A stretch of 63,983 nucleotides of DNA, the filler included, from Trypethelium eluteriae (Eukaryota), in assembly GCA_051942245.1 (NCBI GenBank). It is 3 parts of 3 records of this genome, joined end to end, with 100 filler letters (N's around TTAATTAATTAA, not from the genome) between each part and the next. Parts side by side here need not be neighbours in the genome. Positions count along the whole stretch, not along the records: positions 22,065 to 44,018 come from JAVECL010000455.1; positions 44,119 to 63,983 come from JAVECL010000512.1; 1 more part is not named here. One strand, 5' to 3'. The notes under the pieces are model-generated. The model was not told where the DNA came from. It searched no databases and worked only from the letters and a program-made list of their open reading frames with translations. Made by a program: the position numbers and the translations under genes. This document shows, in pieces, positions 34,137 to 46,809 of the stretch (position 1 is its first letter; the number at the start of each line of letters is the position of its first letter).

Positions 34137-37100
34137 ATGAATGCTCTACCCTACTACCATCGGCCCGTGGGCACCCAGCCACACATGCTGGGTGCAAGTC
34201 GGACACAGTTAACTCCCCTTCAGAGGCCACTGGACCTTGGCCAATCTCGTGCTGCATCTCAGAACCGCATCTTTACGAACGGACAGCAGAAATTCCCAAA
34301 TCAAACTACACAGCAATATGCTTATCCTCTACAACGACGGAATACTGGGGAATTTCCGATTGGGAATGCGAACGGTGTCTCGAAGGATTCGGAAGATCTA
34401 TTGCGGAGGAAAACACCTGGCGGAATTCTTAATGGAGCTTACGATGGCACTTTGGCTGGACAGGATGAAAGGCATGCTTCAAAGCATATCCTCCTGCCCG
34501 CCTCTTCTCCCGGTGATCTTGGCAGTCCCATGTCTGGGGTATTCAACAGCATGGAGCAGACACTTCCACTTAGATCTCCAGGTGTGCCTCATGGACGCAG
34601 ACAGACACATTCCGGATCATGGCTGCACCAGCCTCAACAACTTGCCAATCTGATGCCCAATGTCGGTATGAATATCAGCTCTGGCCAGCAAAACAACAAT
34701 TGGGCCAAGCAACAATTCCAGCAATCTCAAATAGATTCCATGCTCAATCAGATACCGATGCATTACCCCCAGGCTTTTTATCAGCAATCCAATCAATTTA
34801 TCCCGAGTGCCATGCAGCCTTCACCACAGACACCATCGAGCCCTACAGTTTCGAATGATCAGGGACCATTTGGCCCGTATTGGCCGAATGGCACGTACGT
34901 ACCGTACCGACCCGCCGCGCTTCGGGATCCCCGTTATTATCCGCAGACAAGGTCAGACTGGCTCGGTCAAACAGAAAGAGGAACAATCCTACAGAACAGT
35001 GGGTCCTGGGATCCATCCGTCGTCACGCCTGGCCTGGGCAGTTATCCTCGAATGGTCAACGGAAATCAAGTACAAACACCAAATACTCCTTTTGAAGGCT
35101 CTGCTCTTGGTCAGGCCATGCCTCAATTTGACCCAGCCTTTACTCCTGGTCCTCAAAGTTACGGTAACCAAGCTCCGTTGCCGCAACAACAATTCGCAAG
35201 ATTCCATCAACAGCCATCAGGAGATTATTTCTCAGCTCCAAGCGGCCTTCCACATGTTCTTCCAGGATCAAGTGGCTCATCAGGACAATCTGTTGGTCAT
35301 TTGTTTGACCCGCAAGGCCAGTTTCCCGCGTTGGAGGTGGATTCCTTGGCGGCAAAGGCTCAGTACCGAGATGAGATATTCTCATGGGCTCAGCAGGTTT
35401 ACAAGGAGCTCATTGCTTTCCTCCACCATACGCGAAAGGCTAACCAACATAACAAGCATGGGAGTGGTTCTCATCAGCCGTCACGTCCAAGCATATACCC
35501 TAAACCACCACGACATCCTTCACAAGAGTCCACGCCAACGCTCCATCGCCGTCCGTTTGGAAGATCGTCCTCTGCATCTCAAGCATCTGATAGACAAAAC
35601 GAGCTCGGTAATGCACGATCTGTCCAACCTGCTGGTATTGGAGGCCCTGTTCCCGGACTTTATCATTCGAAATCAAGTGGCTGGACCTCGGACGATGTCA
35701 ACGATACCATTCCCATGTGTAATCGTCGACATTCCTATCAGGCCACACCAGGCATTGGCTCAATTTCTCTTCAAGGCTCTGTTCTACCTTTAGACAAATT
35801 TAGAACGTTACGGCGGACATCAGGGATGTCGATTGCGCATGCTATACAAAATGGTCACGGTGGACCTCTGTCTCCATATGGAAATTCCTCAATGCCCAGT
35901 GCAAACGCGATGGCCGCCCTGGAGAAGGTATCTCAGCTCTGCCAAGAGAGCGACTGGAAATGGATTCCAGGCATGTTGTTGGCTGGGTGCTTGGCATATG
36001 GTCTTAGCGATCATCAGCAGGCCTTCAAGCTATATACGCAAATTATCGATCAGGATCCAAAGTAAATCTCACCCCTCATTCACAATAACTGAAAAATTGA
36101 ACTAACGTTTTCCAAGGCATGTAGAAGCGATATCGAATCTTGCAGCTACCTTGCTATGTATGGATAAGCGGCAAGAAGCAGAGGAGACTTGGCTAAAAGC
36201 GATCCGTCTGAGGCCGAGCTACTTCGAGGCAGTCGAGCATTTTGTTGGTCTTTTATGCGGCGAACAGCGGGCGAAAGAAGCTGTGGAACTCATCGATTTC
36301 GTTGAATCTTCCTTACGCTGCGTCAAACTCAATGAGAGTCTCAAGACGATGGACCGACAGAGCGAAGCCTCTAGTACTGCAAGCAGGTCACCTTGCATCT
36401 CGGAGGAATCTGACAACTATTACCTCGAATTCGATGCAGAGGGTGAATCACCATTTCTCGCCTCCCGTAACCTAGCTGGAACGGTTGAACCTGGATTTGG
36501 TTCGAGTGGCTACGCGATTTCTGGTGCAGACAATGGTCGAATGCTAGCTCTAATTCATGCCAAGGGAAACATGTTGTATGCCCTGGGTGACAATGCTGGA
36601 GCTGCTAAAGCTTTCGAGAATGCCGTCCTCATTGGTGCTGGTCGACGGTTCCATGACATTGCAGGACTCGTGAAATATATTCTCGCAGTCGTCGCTCGCG
36701 ATTACGCGTCTCACTTTCTTGGTAGTCATGTCAGTATCTCGGCTACCGATCCAATCTTGCTACCTCCGGACAAGGCTCTACAGACCGCCCGCCTCTGCTT
36801 CCCTCATAATGGAGAACTACCTGGACTGAAATACGTTTCGGGTACTATCCACAATGGCATGGCACGGAAAGCTGCGATAGCAACCACGAGCAACTCGCTT
36901 CTCTCCCTTGCTAAAATTTTCCAGGACGGTATGAACACAAATTCACCTTCTACCGGCGGACCGCGAGCTGCTTCCAGAGTTCGAGAGATTCTTGCCTTAT
37001 ACTACCTTTCATTGGCTTTGCAACCTAGTCCATCCACGGCAAATAATGTCGGTATCTTGCTGGCAAGCGTCCAACAGTCCGCTTTAGTCCCGCCGTCTGC

Positions 37101-39801
37101 CATGGCTGCGAACGCTGCCAATCACTTTCACAATGTGCCAGGCATCGTGCCTGGGAGTGGCGTTGCACTTGCTCTTGCATACTACAATTATGGGCTCAAT
37201 CTGGACAACCGCCACGCGCATCTTTACACCAATCTTGGAAGCCTCCTCAAGGACATTGGTCAGCTCGGCGCGGCCATTAAGATGTATGAGCAGGCTGTCC
37301 ACTGCGACCCAGCTTTTGATATTGCTCTCGCCAATCTAGCTAATGCAGTGAAGGATCAAGGACACATTGCTGATGCTATTAACTATTACAGGCGCGCTGT
37401 TGAGGCAAGTCCCGACTTCGCCGAGGCAGTCTGTGGCTTGGCCAACGCGCTTAATTCTGTATGCAGCTGGATCGGCCGAGGCGGTATTGCGGAGGATGGC
37501 GGAAAGCGCGACAAGTGGCATGTCGACCCTAAAGGCATGTTTTACGACGGCCGAGTAATTGGGACTACTAGCTCTGGTTGGCTCAAGCGAGTTGTGGATA
37601 TCGTCGAAAAGCAACTCCGAGAGGGTGAAGACTGGGGCAAGGGTGTCCTTGACAGTGGCGTTATGGAAGACATGGTCAAACAGTTGCCGTTGTCCTACGG
37701 ATTAAGCAAATTTGGACAAGAAAAGGAGCTGATGCTACGAACTACATTATTGGCATGGTCTGGCAAGAAGTGGGAGGGTGTCCGGATCGTGAGACTTGTG
37801 GAACGTGCTACACGGATGATATCACGACAGTGGTATGTCGACAAGTTTGTCAAGAAGAAACAGCTCCCTGCTGCAAGTTACGCCAGACCACAGCTCCCGG
37901 CCATGCTTACCGTCCCAACGGCACCGACTGTTCTACCATTCCACACCTTTACCTGTCCCATGTCGGCAAAACAGATCCGCCTGATTTCGCAGAGAAACGG
38001 CCTTAGGATATCTTGTTCGACACTGCGATCGCCATGGCTACCACCAACGGTCTATCCCCCGCCGTCGTTCCCGAACCCCGAATTGAGGGTGGGCTACGTC
38101 TCTTCGGATTTCAATAATCACCCACTAGCCCATCTTATGCAATCGGTCTTTGGTCTGCATAATGCCAAACGTGTCAGGGCCTACTGTTACGCCACCACCC
38201 AAAGCGATAGATCGATCCATCGTCAACAAATTGAGCACGAGGCACCAGTTTTTCACGATGCCAGCAGTTGGGCTACCGAAAGGCTCGTCGACCAGATAGT
38301 CCAGGACGGTATTCATATCCTTGTCAATCTCAACGGATACACTCGCGGCGCTCGCAATGAAATTTTTGCCGCACGACCGGCCCCCATTCAGATGTCATTC
38401 ATGGGCTTTGCAGGGACGCTAGGCGCTGAGTGGTGTGACTATCTTCTTGCGGACGACACTGCTGTACCTTTGGACACGCTTCGACCTTGGCGAGGCAATG
38501 TCAGTCTTGATGACCAAACTCAAGATGGAAATAGTAGTAACGAACAAGACGATTGGGTCTACGGCGAGAACATCATTTTCTGTCGCGATACCTTCTTCTG
38601 TTGCGACCATCGACAGAGCGCACCAGACTCAAAGGGCAAGCAACTGAACTGGGAAGAGGAACAAGGAAGGCGATGGGCCATGCGGAAAGAGCTGTTTCCG
38701 AACTTATCGGATGACACAATTATCCTCGGCAATTTCAATCAGCTCTACAAGGTATGTGTTTCTATGTGGCGCACCCCTCGTTTTCTAATACTAAGAATGT
38801 TCCAGATCGAGCCGACAACCTTCCGCACCTGGCTCCGCATACTATCTCGCGTTCCCAACGCCATCCTCTGGCTCCTTCGCTTCCCAGATCTCGGCGAGTC
38901 CCATCTCAAACAAACCGCTATCGCCTGGGCTGGCAAATCTGTCGCCGAACGTATCATTTTCACGGACGTCGCCCCCAAAGCAACGCACATCGCGCGCGCC
39001 CGAGTCTGCGATCTCTTCCTTGACACGCCCGAGTGCAATGCTCACACCACCGCCGCAGATGTTCTCTGGTCTGGTACCCCGCTGCTTACGCTGCCGCGCT
39101 ACGGGTACAAGATGTGCAGTCGCATGGCGGCTAGCATCCTTATTGGCGCGCTGCCCAAGGGCAAAGAGGGTCAGAAAGCGCGCACCGAGCTTGTCGCTGG
39201 CAGCGAAGACGAGTACGAAGACATGGCTGTCTACCTTGCGGGTACTATGAAGTACTCTCCTCGTGACGGCGCGCCCTTTAGGTCTGGCGGGCCTGCGGCG
39301 ATGGCGCGCCGCCTATCCAGTCTGGTCTCACAACAGAGGAACGGTCACTCTGCTGCTTCTGATGTGCCTGCGACTATTTCTTCGAGTGTTCAGGTCGCGG
39401 TCGATGGTATGACGCCACGACCGACGGCGCAGAGTATGTTTCCGCCACCTGTCATGAAAATGACGCCGACGACTACTACCGGCCCAGTGAAACTGAATCC
39501 CGAGACGGGGAAATTGCAGCAAAATGTCGGTGCGAACATGCCTTCGAATGGCCATCGTCAGCACACGATGGTGAATGTGATTCCTCCAAAAGGGGTCGGG
39601 CGGCTGTTCGAGCTTCGGAAATTGCTGTACGAAGCACGGTGGTCGTCGGCGCTGTTCGATACAAAGCGCTGGGTGCGCGATCTGGAGGATGCTTATGAGA
39701 TTGCGTGGGATCGTTGGGTGGAGGGGGTGGGCGGAGATATATTTTTGAAGGATGAGCGGCGGAAGGGCGGCCAGGTAAAGGTCGAGGAGCTCCAAGGCTG
39801 A
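34137..39801 (+). CDS. UDP-GlcNAc:protein O-GlcNAc transferase (GT41, TPR repeats) with a long disordered N-terminus; introns about 36062-36116 and 38752-38805
   Basis: TPRs (AHLYTNLGSLLKDIG, ALANLANAVKDQG), LRVGYVSSDFNNHPLAHLM, ILVNLNGYTRGARNEIFAARPAPIQ, NFNQLYK|IEP, DLFLDTPECNAHTTAADVLWSGTP. Start codon uncertain. Confidence 0.92.
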
Positions 39802-40668
39802 GGTGTGTGCGGCGGGAGGGCATTCTTGCTGGTGTTGTCTATGCGGAGGTTTACAACTGCAGAGACATGTGTTCATTGAAACTGATGGAGTTTGGCAACG
39901 GAGCTGCATACTAGAAGCAGTCTTCTCTGCAGTCGCTTCCTTTTTTTTGGGTTTATTTTCCTTCTGGGATCTCGGCGGCAGCACAAAGATGGACGGGAGC
40001 TCAGTGCTCATCACTTGCATACTTTGAAAACCAACTTTACGATTGTATCAGGCATTGGAAACAGCATATGGGGGGTGGTCTTCTCAATCATATTGTACCT
40101 GGATGGAGATGCAACATTCGCTTAAACCGGAAGGGGCGATGGATCTAATGTAGCGTTCTAGCATAGCGTGGCGTGGGAAGCAACGGCTCCTTACCGAGGA
40201 TGCTTGGATGGGACGGTTGAGAATGATATTTTGGATTCGGTGTCGATCTTTCATAATCATAGATTGATGCCTCAAGTGAGATTCGTGTTGTGAGTTCTTC
40301 AGGAGTAACCACATCCAGCTGCCATTTTGAGTAGATGCTTGGTTGAAAAGGTAGAGGTAAGTCTGTTACAACGCGAGGCTCTTTCAAATTGGACCTTGTG
40401 AGTGACGGGCCTGATCGAATTATCTATACTAAGGGATGGAAACCTGAGCCCGTGACGCTCGTCTAGTCTAAGCTGGCCAAAGACGTTTCGATCTTAGGCC
40501 AAATATCAAAGTATTGACACGAATGAAAGCCCTCCCAATACGAGTTTGAATCGCAATAATCCTGATGAAGCGTTGGGTGGAAATCGTAAGTCGTTCCAGA
40601 ACATGGTCCACATTGTCCTGGGCATCGTCCCTCCCCTAAATTGATGTACAAGAATATCTAGATCAGTC

Positions 40669-41545
40669 TTACCACCACCCAAATGCTCCGTCAAATCCAA
40701 CTACGCCGGGTTGCTCGTGAAGTCTGAGTTGGTCCAGAGTAGGCACTTTCCCTGGTTGATAAAAGCCCAGAAGCTGTTCCATGTCCTGATCATTCATGTC
40801 GCATAAGTCTTCCAGGGGCCAAGATTCGCATACTTTAGACATCCTACAAAACTCAGTCACATGTCCAACTTCAGAAAAAGGCAAATTTCGGCGTACCATT
40901 GCATACGCTTGGGTCCTTCATCAGGATCAGGGGCGACTTTGCGCAGCCGCCGCCGCAGAGTTCCAACTTTTTGTATAGCAGCCCCAATGTTATCGGGCAG
41001 GTTAGTCGCTATCTGCCTCCGCACAATATTTGCCAGCTTCGGTCCATTTCCATTGGTACTGACCATAATCTGCAATGGCCCGTCTCGATGAACGCTACCA
41101 AAATAGAAGTCGCATTCTGGTGGCACATCCGCAATATTCGCTGGGAGTTTGCGTTCTTTACATAGTTTGTATATCTGTGTAGAAGCCTCAGGATCGTCCA
41201 CAGCTGTCAATACCATATCGACGTTGTCGAGGTCTGAAGGTTCGAATTTGCGATCCACGAGCTCGACTTGTTTCTGCTCTACACGGTATGCTACCTCTTC
41301 ATTGAGACCCTCGCGCGGAGAGATGACTGTGACTTTGGCGTCTGCATTGAGAACATTGTAGATTCGGCCGGCAGCTACCTGCACTGCGAGTCAATGTCAA
41401 CGTTCGCAAAAGCATCAATAGTCGATCAGGACGTCTTGCTCACCTCCCCGCCTCCTACGACCAGCACTCGTTTGCCCCGAACCTGCCAAGCGAGTATCAG
41501 AGAGCCTCCACCCTGGATCTCAGGAAATCGACTCTTGGCCATCAT
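40669..41545 (-). CDS. MET8: Precorrin-2 dehydrogenase / sirohydrochlorin ferrochelatase (siroheme synthesis), 2 introns
   Basis: GGGSLILAWQVRGKRVLVVGGGE|VAAGRI...ANIADVPPECDFYFGS...LQIMVSTNGNGPKLA...RMQW|MSKVCE. Confidence 0.93.
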
Positions 41546-41750
41546 TGCACTGTAAGAAGAGAAGAAGGAACGGAAGGCTGAGCTGGGTCGCCTACATAAC
41601 GACTAGAGATCTCCGAGAGGATCTCCGCCGCACCGCTCCTTCCGCTCCACCCAACCCAACCTCACATTCCGCCCCCACCTGACCTCCTTCCAAGGCCTGC
41701 CACCGCGCTTCGAGGAGAATGCGCCGCAGGTCTCGTCTCAGGCGAAGAAG

Positions 41751-44018
41751 ATGACCTCTCGACGGTCACTCGGCGGAGGTCGAATTCTAGGGAATGGCCG
41801 GTCCCTTTCCCCGGCAGTGGCAGCAACAGCGCCGCAGCACAAGCGAAATGCTACCAACACCAGCATCGTTTCGCCCTCGGAGAGCTCGGTGAGCTTGAGC
41901 TCGCAAGTCTCGACATCGCAAAACTCTGCGGAGCCACAGGATATCAGTTCAAGGGTATCTTTGGAGCATCATGAGGGCCCGTCGGCGGCAATAGCTGCGG
42001 CGAGTTCGAAACTCGTTTGTCCGATATGCAGTGAGGGGATGGTATGTACATCTTCTCCTGACACTCCAGAGAATACTAATCCGTGACTGTAGGTCACGCT
42101 TTTGCAACTAAACAGGTACGCTCTGCCAAGCTGCACTGGATATTATTCTCTAACCCTACTCAAGACATTTAGACGACGTACATCGTGACCTGGAGGAAGT
42201 GGAGCAAGATGAAGTCAAGACATGGTTTAAGGCACAAATTACAAAGGCGAAGAAGTTCCAGCCACTCGCAGTTCTCAACCAGAAACTCAAGGGATTGGAC
42301 GTCTTCGAGTCAAACGATGATCAGGCACTTACACCACTTCCGCTTCCTGCGGGTGGTCAGCCCCGCGCTTCTCCGGAACCGATAGTCAGACAAGATCCGG
42401 ACGAACTTGTCACGAGAGCTCATTGGCAAAGGACAGGCCCTTACGATGCTTGCTTAGATCCGACATGTGGGAAACGATTAGGAGGTGGAAATGGCAATGT
42501 TAACTGCAGGAAATGTGGGAAACTATTCTGCGAGGAACACACCATGTATCAGATGAAGCTCTCTCGTTCTGCCTCACATGAGCCTGTCCGAGGAGTCTGG
42601 TGCCGAGTCTGTGAGACTTGCTACAAGTCAAGAGAAGGATACACTGATACAAGAGGTGAGTAACTCTGGAAGAGTTTAAGACATGGCGTTCCTGACATCA
42701 CGTAGGTCTAGAGCGCGATCACACAAGCGAGTTCGCCGCAATCAGGCGGAAAACGGTCGACAAGGCATATCTAGAAGTCAGTCGCTTAGAAAAGCGACTC
42801 ACGAAACTTACTCAACTTCTTACGAATCCACCCCTTGACTCAGGTCAAGGAGGACTTCTCTGGTCATTGACTGGTACGAAGGCACAACAACAACGGCAAT
42901 TGGAGCAATCAGTTGTTAACTGGGAGGAAGACGCATCTGTTTTAAAGTGTCCGTTTTGCCAGCAAGAGTTCTCAAATTATTCTTTCAGAAGGCATCACTG
43001 CAGGCTGTGTGGTCGTGTAGTCTGCGGTGATCCGGTAACAGGGTGCTCGACTGAAATTGGTCTGAATGTTGCTGCTCGTAGGTTCAACCATGATTTTTTT
43101 GTATATCGACTTCGCTGATGGCAGCCAGTAACTAATACTCTTTCAGAAAAGCAAGCCACGGCCCAAGTTAGTCTTGACGTCCGAATGTGCCGAGATTGCA
43201 AACATACAGTCTTTAGCAAAAGCGACTTTGCCCGCGAACTCGCGCTGCGACCACCAGATCAACGATCTTACGAGAATCTAAAACAGTTCGAGCGTGGTAT
43301 ACGATTATTATTACCAAAGTTCCAAAGATTACTCCTTGCCTTGCAGTACGTTCTACATGGTCATTAGCAGTTTAAGCGTCGTTCTGACTCGAGCACAGAG
43401 ATCCTGAAACCCCCCCCACCCCCACTCAACTCAGCGACGCCCAAAAAGTCCGCAAACGCCTCATGGACTCCTTCACCCAATACGACACCGCCGCGCGTCG
43501 CGTCCGCGACCTCCCCACCGACTCCTCAACGCAACAACGCCTCCAGAAAGCCGTCTACCAAGCCGCATCCAGCTTCCTACATCTGCACATGCTTCCCCTG
43601 AAATCCCTCCCCAAAGTTCTCAAACACGCCACGCCGCACGGCAAACTCCATGCCAGCAGCGCCGCCAAGCCCCGTCCCAACGGCGCGCTCGCCTCGATCC
43701 ACTACAACGGCTCAGCCTCCTCCATTGGCGGCCAGCCGCCAGGCGTGGGCTCGCCGTCGTCGCTGCCGAGCACGCCGACCGCGTCGTCGTCGGTCGAGCT
43801 GACGGCGCTGGAGACGGAGGAGAAGGAGCTGCGCGAGCAGCTGATTGTGCTGGAGGAGCAGAAGTTCTTCGTCAGCGAGATGGTCGCGGATGCGAATCGC
43901 CGGCGCAAGTTCGATGAGGTGGCTGCGTTGGCGCAGAGTCTGGAGGAGTTGGCGAGGGAGGTGGATGCGGTGCAGAGGAGGTTGGAGGGGTTGGATTTTG
44001 AGGGTGCGTATCGGAGGG
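41751..44018 (+). CDS. PEP7: Vacuolar segregation protein (C2H2 + two FYVE domains + Rab-binding tail), multi-exon, 3' end runs into the gap
   Basis: CPICSEGM|VTLLQLN|RHLDDVH; HWQ..C..C...NCRKCGKLFC; WEED..CPFCQQEFS..RRHHCRLCGRVVC; RRKFDEVAALAQSLEEL. Confidence 0.88.
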
Positions 44019-44118
44019 NNNNNNNNNNNNNNNNNNNNNNNNNNNNNNNNNNNNNNNNNNNNTTAATTAATTAANNNNNNNNNNNNNNNNNNNNNNNNNN
44101 NNNNNNNNNNNNNNNNNN
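44019..44118. other. Assembly gap or contig linker (N-run with TTAATTAATTAA)
   Basis: Same design as 21965-22064. Confidence 0.95.
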
Positions 44119-46809
44119 CGGTGTTTTTGAGGGGGTTGGCGGATGGGTTGAAGTGAGGGGTGGGGGAGATGGTGTTTTTGATAGTCTTGCATGAGAGCTC
44201 TGGAGGAGGTTCTGAGTGTGGTGTCTTTCGTTGAGCTGTATGTGTCCGAATTGCTTTTCGCAGTCTTGGAGAGGGTGTCGCGTTCAACATGTATGAAGAA
44301 AGAAAGGGAAAAAATCGGGGGCGACTTTGTTGCTCGATTACAGTGCGGGTTATATACGGTCATGAACCGGACATTCTAAGTTATTGAGACGCTTTGATTG
44401 AAATGAAAGAATAGAGAAGCATTTTAGAGATATCATTTTCACAATGAGGTGCAGCCCAATCAGCGACCTGTACAGACATTGTTTATCTAAATACAAAATA
44501 ACGAGGGCTTGAAGACTTGTGGCCGTCTTCTTGTGATTAAGCTAAAAGTTCTTAGTAAATTTTGCCTGACGTTGTCACCTTAGCGCAACAAGATCCTGAA
44601 AGTGTTCAGAGCTTGAGTGGATATCAGTTAACATCAATTCCATTCATGCAGTGGTTTACGATATTAGCAGAGAGGGAGAGAGATTTTGCTCGGTTACAAA
44701 GTACCACACCCGGCAACGGAGAGTTAGTGCTACTCTATGCCTTACTATTGGGGTCTTTGAAGAGGCGAATAGCGACATATACGTCATCGCAGTCATAATC
44801 AGCGTCAACATTTCTGGGTTGTTGATTTCTGATGTTGGAGATCAATTTGAAGCTAGCGAATCGAGATCCAAAAACGACCTTGAATTCTCGACTAATCCTA
44901 AATCCTACTCGCTCGGTCTTTTTACTTTCTCTCTTCTGTCTAATCTTCATATGAGACACAACCCCAGGAAGCGATAATTACATCACACGATATAGGGTCC
45001 TGCCGTTCTGCCGATATAAGGAGTCATCCCAGACATAATATAGCCAGCATAGGATTTTGGTAGAGTAATATCTACAATACTGCACTTCGATAATCGACGA
45101 TGAGTATCTACCTGGATAAGAGTCTCGTATGGTAAAACCTCAACCGCATTAAATATCCGGGTACGATCTAGTCCGAGTAAAGCGCAAGCTACCTGCTCTT
45201 CTATCACCTCAACTTATCATTCGTTCGGTACTCCCATCCTGCTTACCTACCAGCGTTCGGCTGCTGACTAGATCTTACTGCGATGCAGGGTGTGCAGCAT
45301 AGCCCAAGGTAGTGAGGGACGGATGACTCGTATCAAGCAACACGAGATGAGTTAGAGCATATTCCTACCAGATCAGAACGAACCCATTTCCGCAAATTAG
45401 AGAGGGGGAAATCAGGCAAAATATTTGGGGTTGTCCGAACTATAGGCATTCGGTGGGTTTGTGTACGCGTTCTTTTTCGCATACAGCTGTTGCAATCCTT
45501 TCTTGTGGGGATCTTACCATAGGCAATGGAACTAAACTGTCGTTGTGGTATTCCGTATTGTTTCTATGAATTAATCTTCTTGATATGTGCGTCACAATAC
45601 TGATCATTGACTCTACCAAAGTGGTCTGGAATTGCAATCGGTAGTAGTGAAATGTTGGGTGGTTGAGGCGAGGAAGGTGCGGATCTTCTTTCCTCTTTTA
45701 AGCGGTTTTTGAGGATAGCGCAGGCAGCAGATGCCTAGTCGTGAGTGGGCGCATCCTTTTTCGTACGTTAGGCCTAGTAGGGCCTTACCTATCTCAGTAT
45801 GTACGTAAACATAGATGCCGCCCACCTGTGCCGTGGCTGTATATGTTTTCGGGCCCAGCTTTAGTTTCTGAGGGCAAAGTTGGTATTCGCCTCCCGACAA
45901 AAACCTATTTGAAGTTTGCGCGGGTGGCAAGATGAAAGCATGAAAGCATTTCAGCCAGTCCGTTTTTTTTTTTAATCTATTCGAACGCTCATCATCAGCA
46001 CGGAAGTCGAGTTTGTCTTTTCATTCGCGCGTGATTTCAAACGGCTCGAGCGAGGTCGGAAAGGCAGAAGGAGAGTGGAAGGGAATTGCGGCAGAAGGAT
46101 GAGGCGATAGGTTCGGAAGGCGACAGAGATAACAGATCATCGAGAAGGCGGAGAGAGATATCTGTGATCTCTAGCTGGATGGCAGCACTTACGGGCATTG
46201 CGGACCCTCCTCCGGGCCACTCATCTCCCTGTCTGGAGCCATTACGTCAGTCAGGGTTCTTCCCATCGTGTGCGCTCCCTGCATCGGTATCAATGACATC
46301 GTATGCGCCCCGAGCTCCCTTTAGCTTCGACGGGGACTAGCATGTTTTCCCCTGAGTGGGCACGGTGGGGTGTGTCCCAAGGCTCGCCAGTCTTCACCTC
46401 CAATACTTCTGTGCGCTTCGCCCGCGCTCCAGCGGAGCTGAGTCCGTCCCCGCCATACTTGCGAATTCCATGCTGCCACTGCTGTTTCTACCCCCCCTCG
46501 GACCCTCCGCCACCCTTGTGATGACCCTTTTTGAGGATGATGCCATGCCTGTGGGATTGTCTTTGGCTGTCAGGACTGCCTGCACTCGAGTTGTGCAACC
46601 CTCGCACCCTGTGTGGAGTGCGCCCGACCAGCAGCGTCATCTTACTGATTCGTTGACAACTCTACCTACTATCAATCTCGATCCTGTATTTGGCCCCGGT
46701 CCACATTCACCGTCGCTAGCTTGAGTCTCGCCTCATCTGTGCGTTCGCTTCCAGATTGCCAGCCGCATTTTTTCGGAAAGGGCCCCGGCCCTCTTGCTCC
46801 ACCAATGCC

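Noticed and set aside
44400..46750. Short ORFs between PEP7 and the Zn2Cys6 gene, and at 29200-29600
   Set aside because: No motifs or consistent splice model; treated as intergenic.
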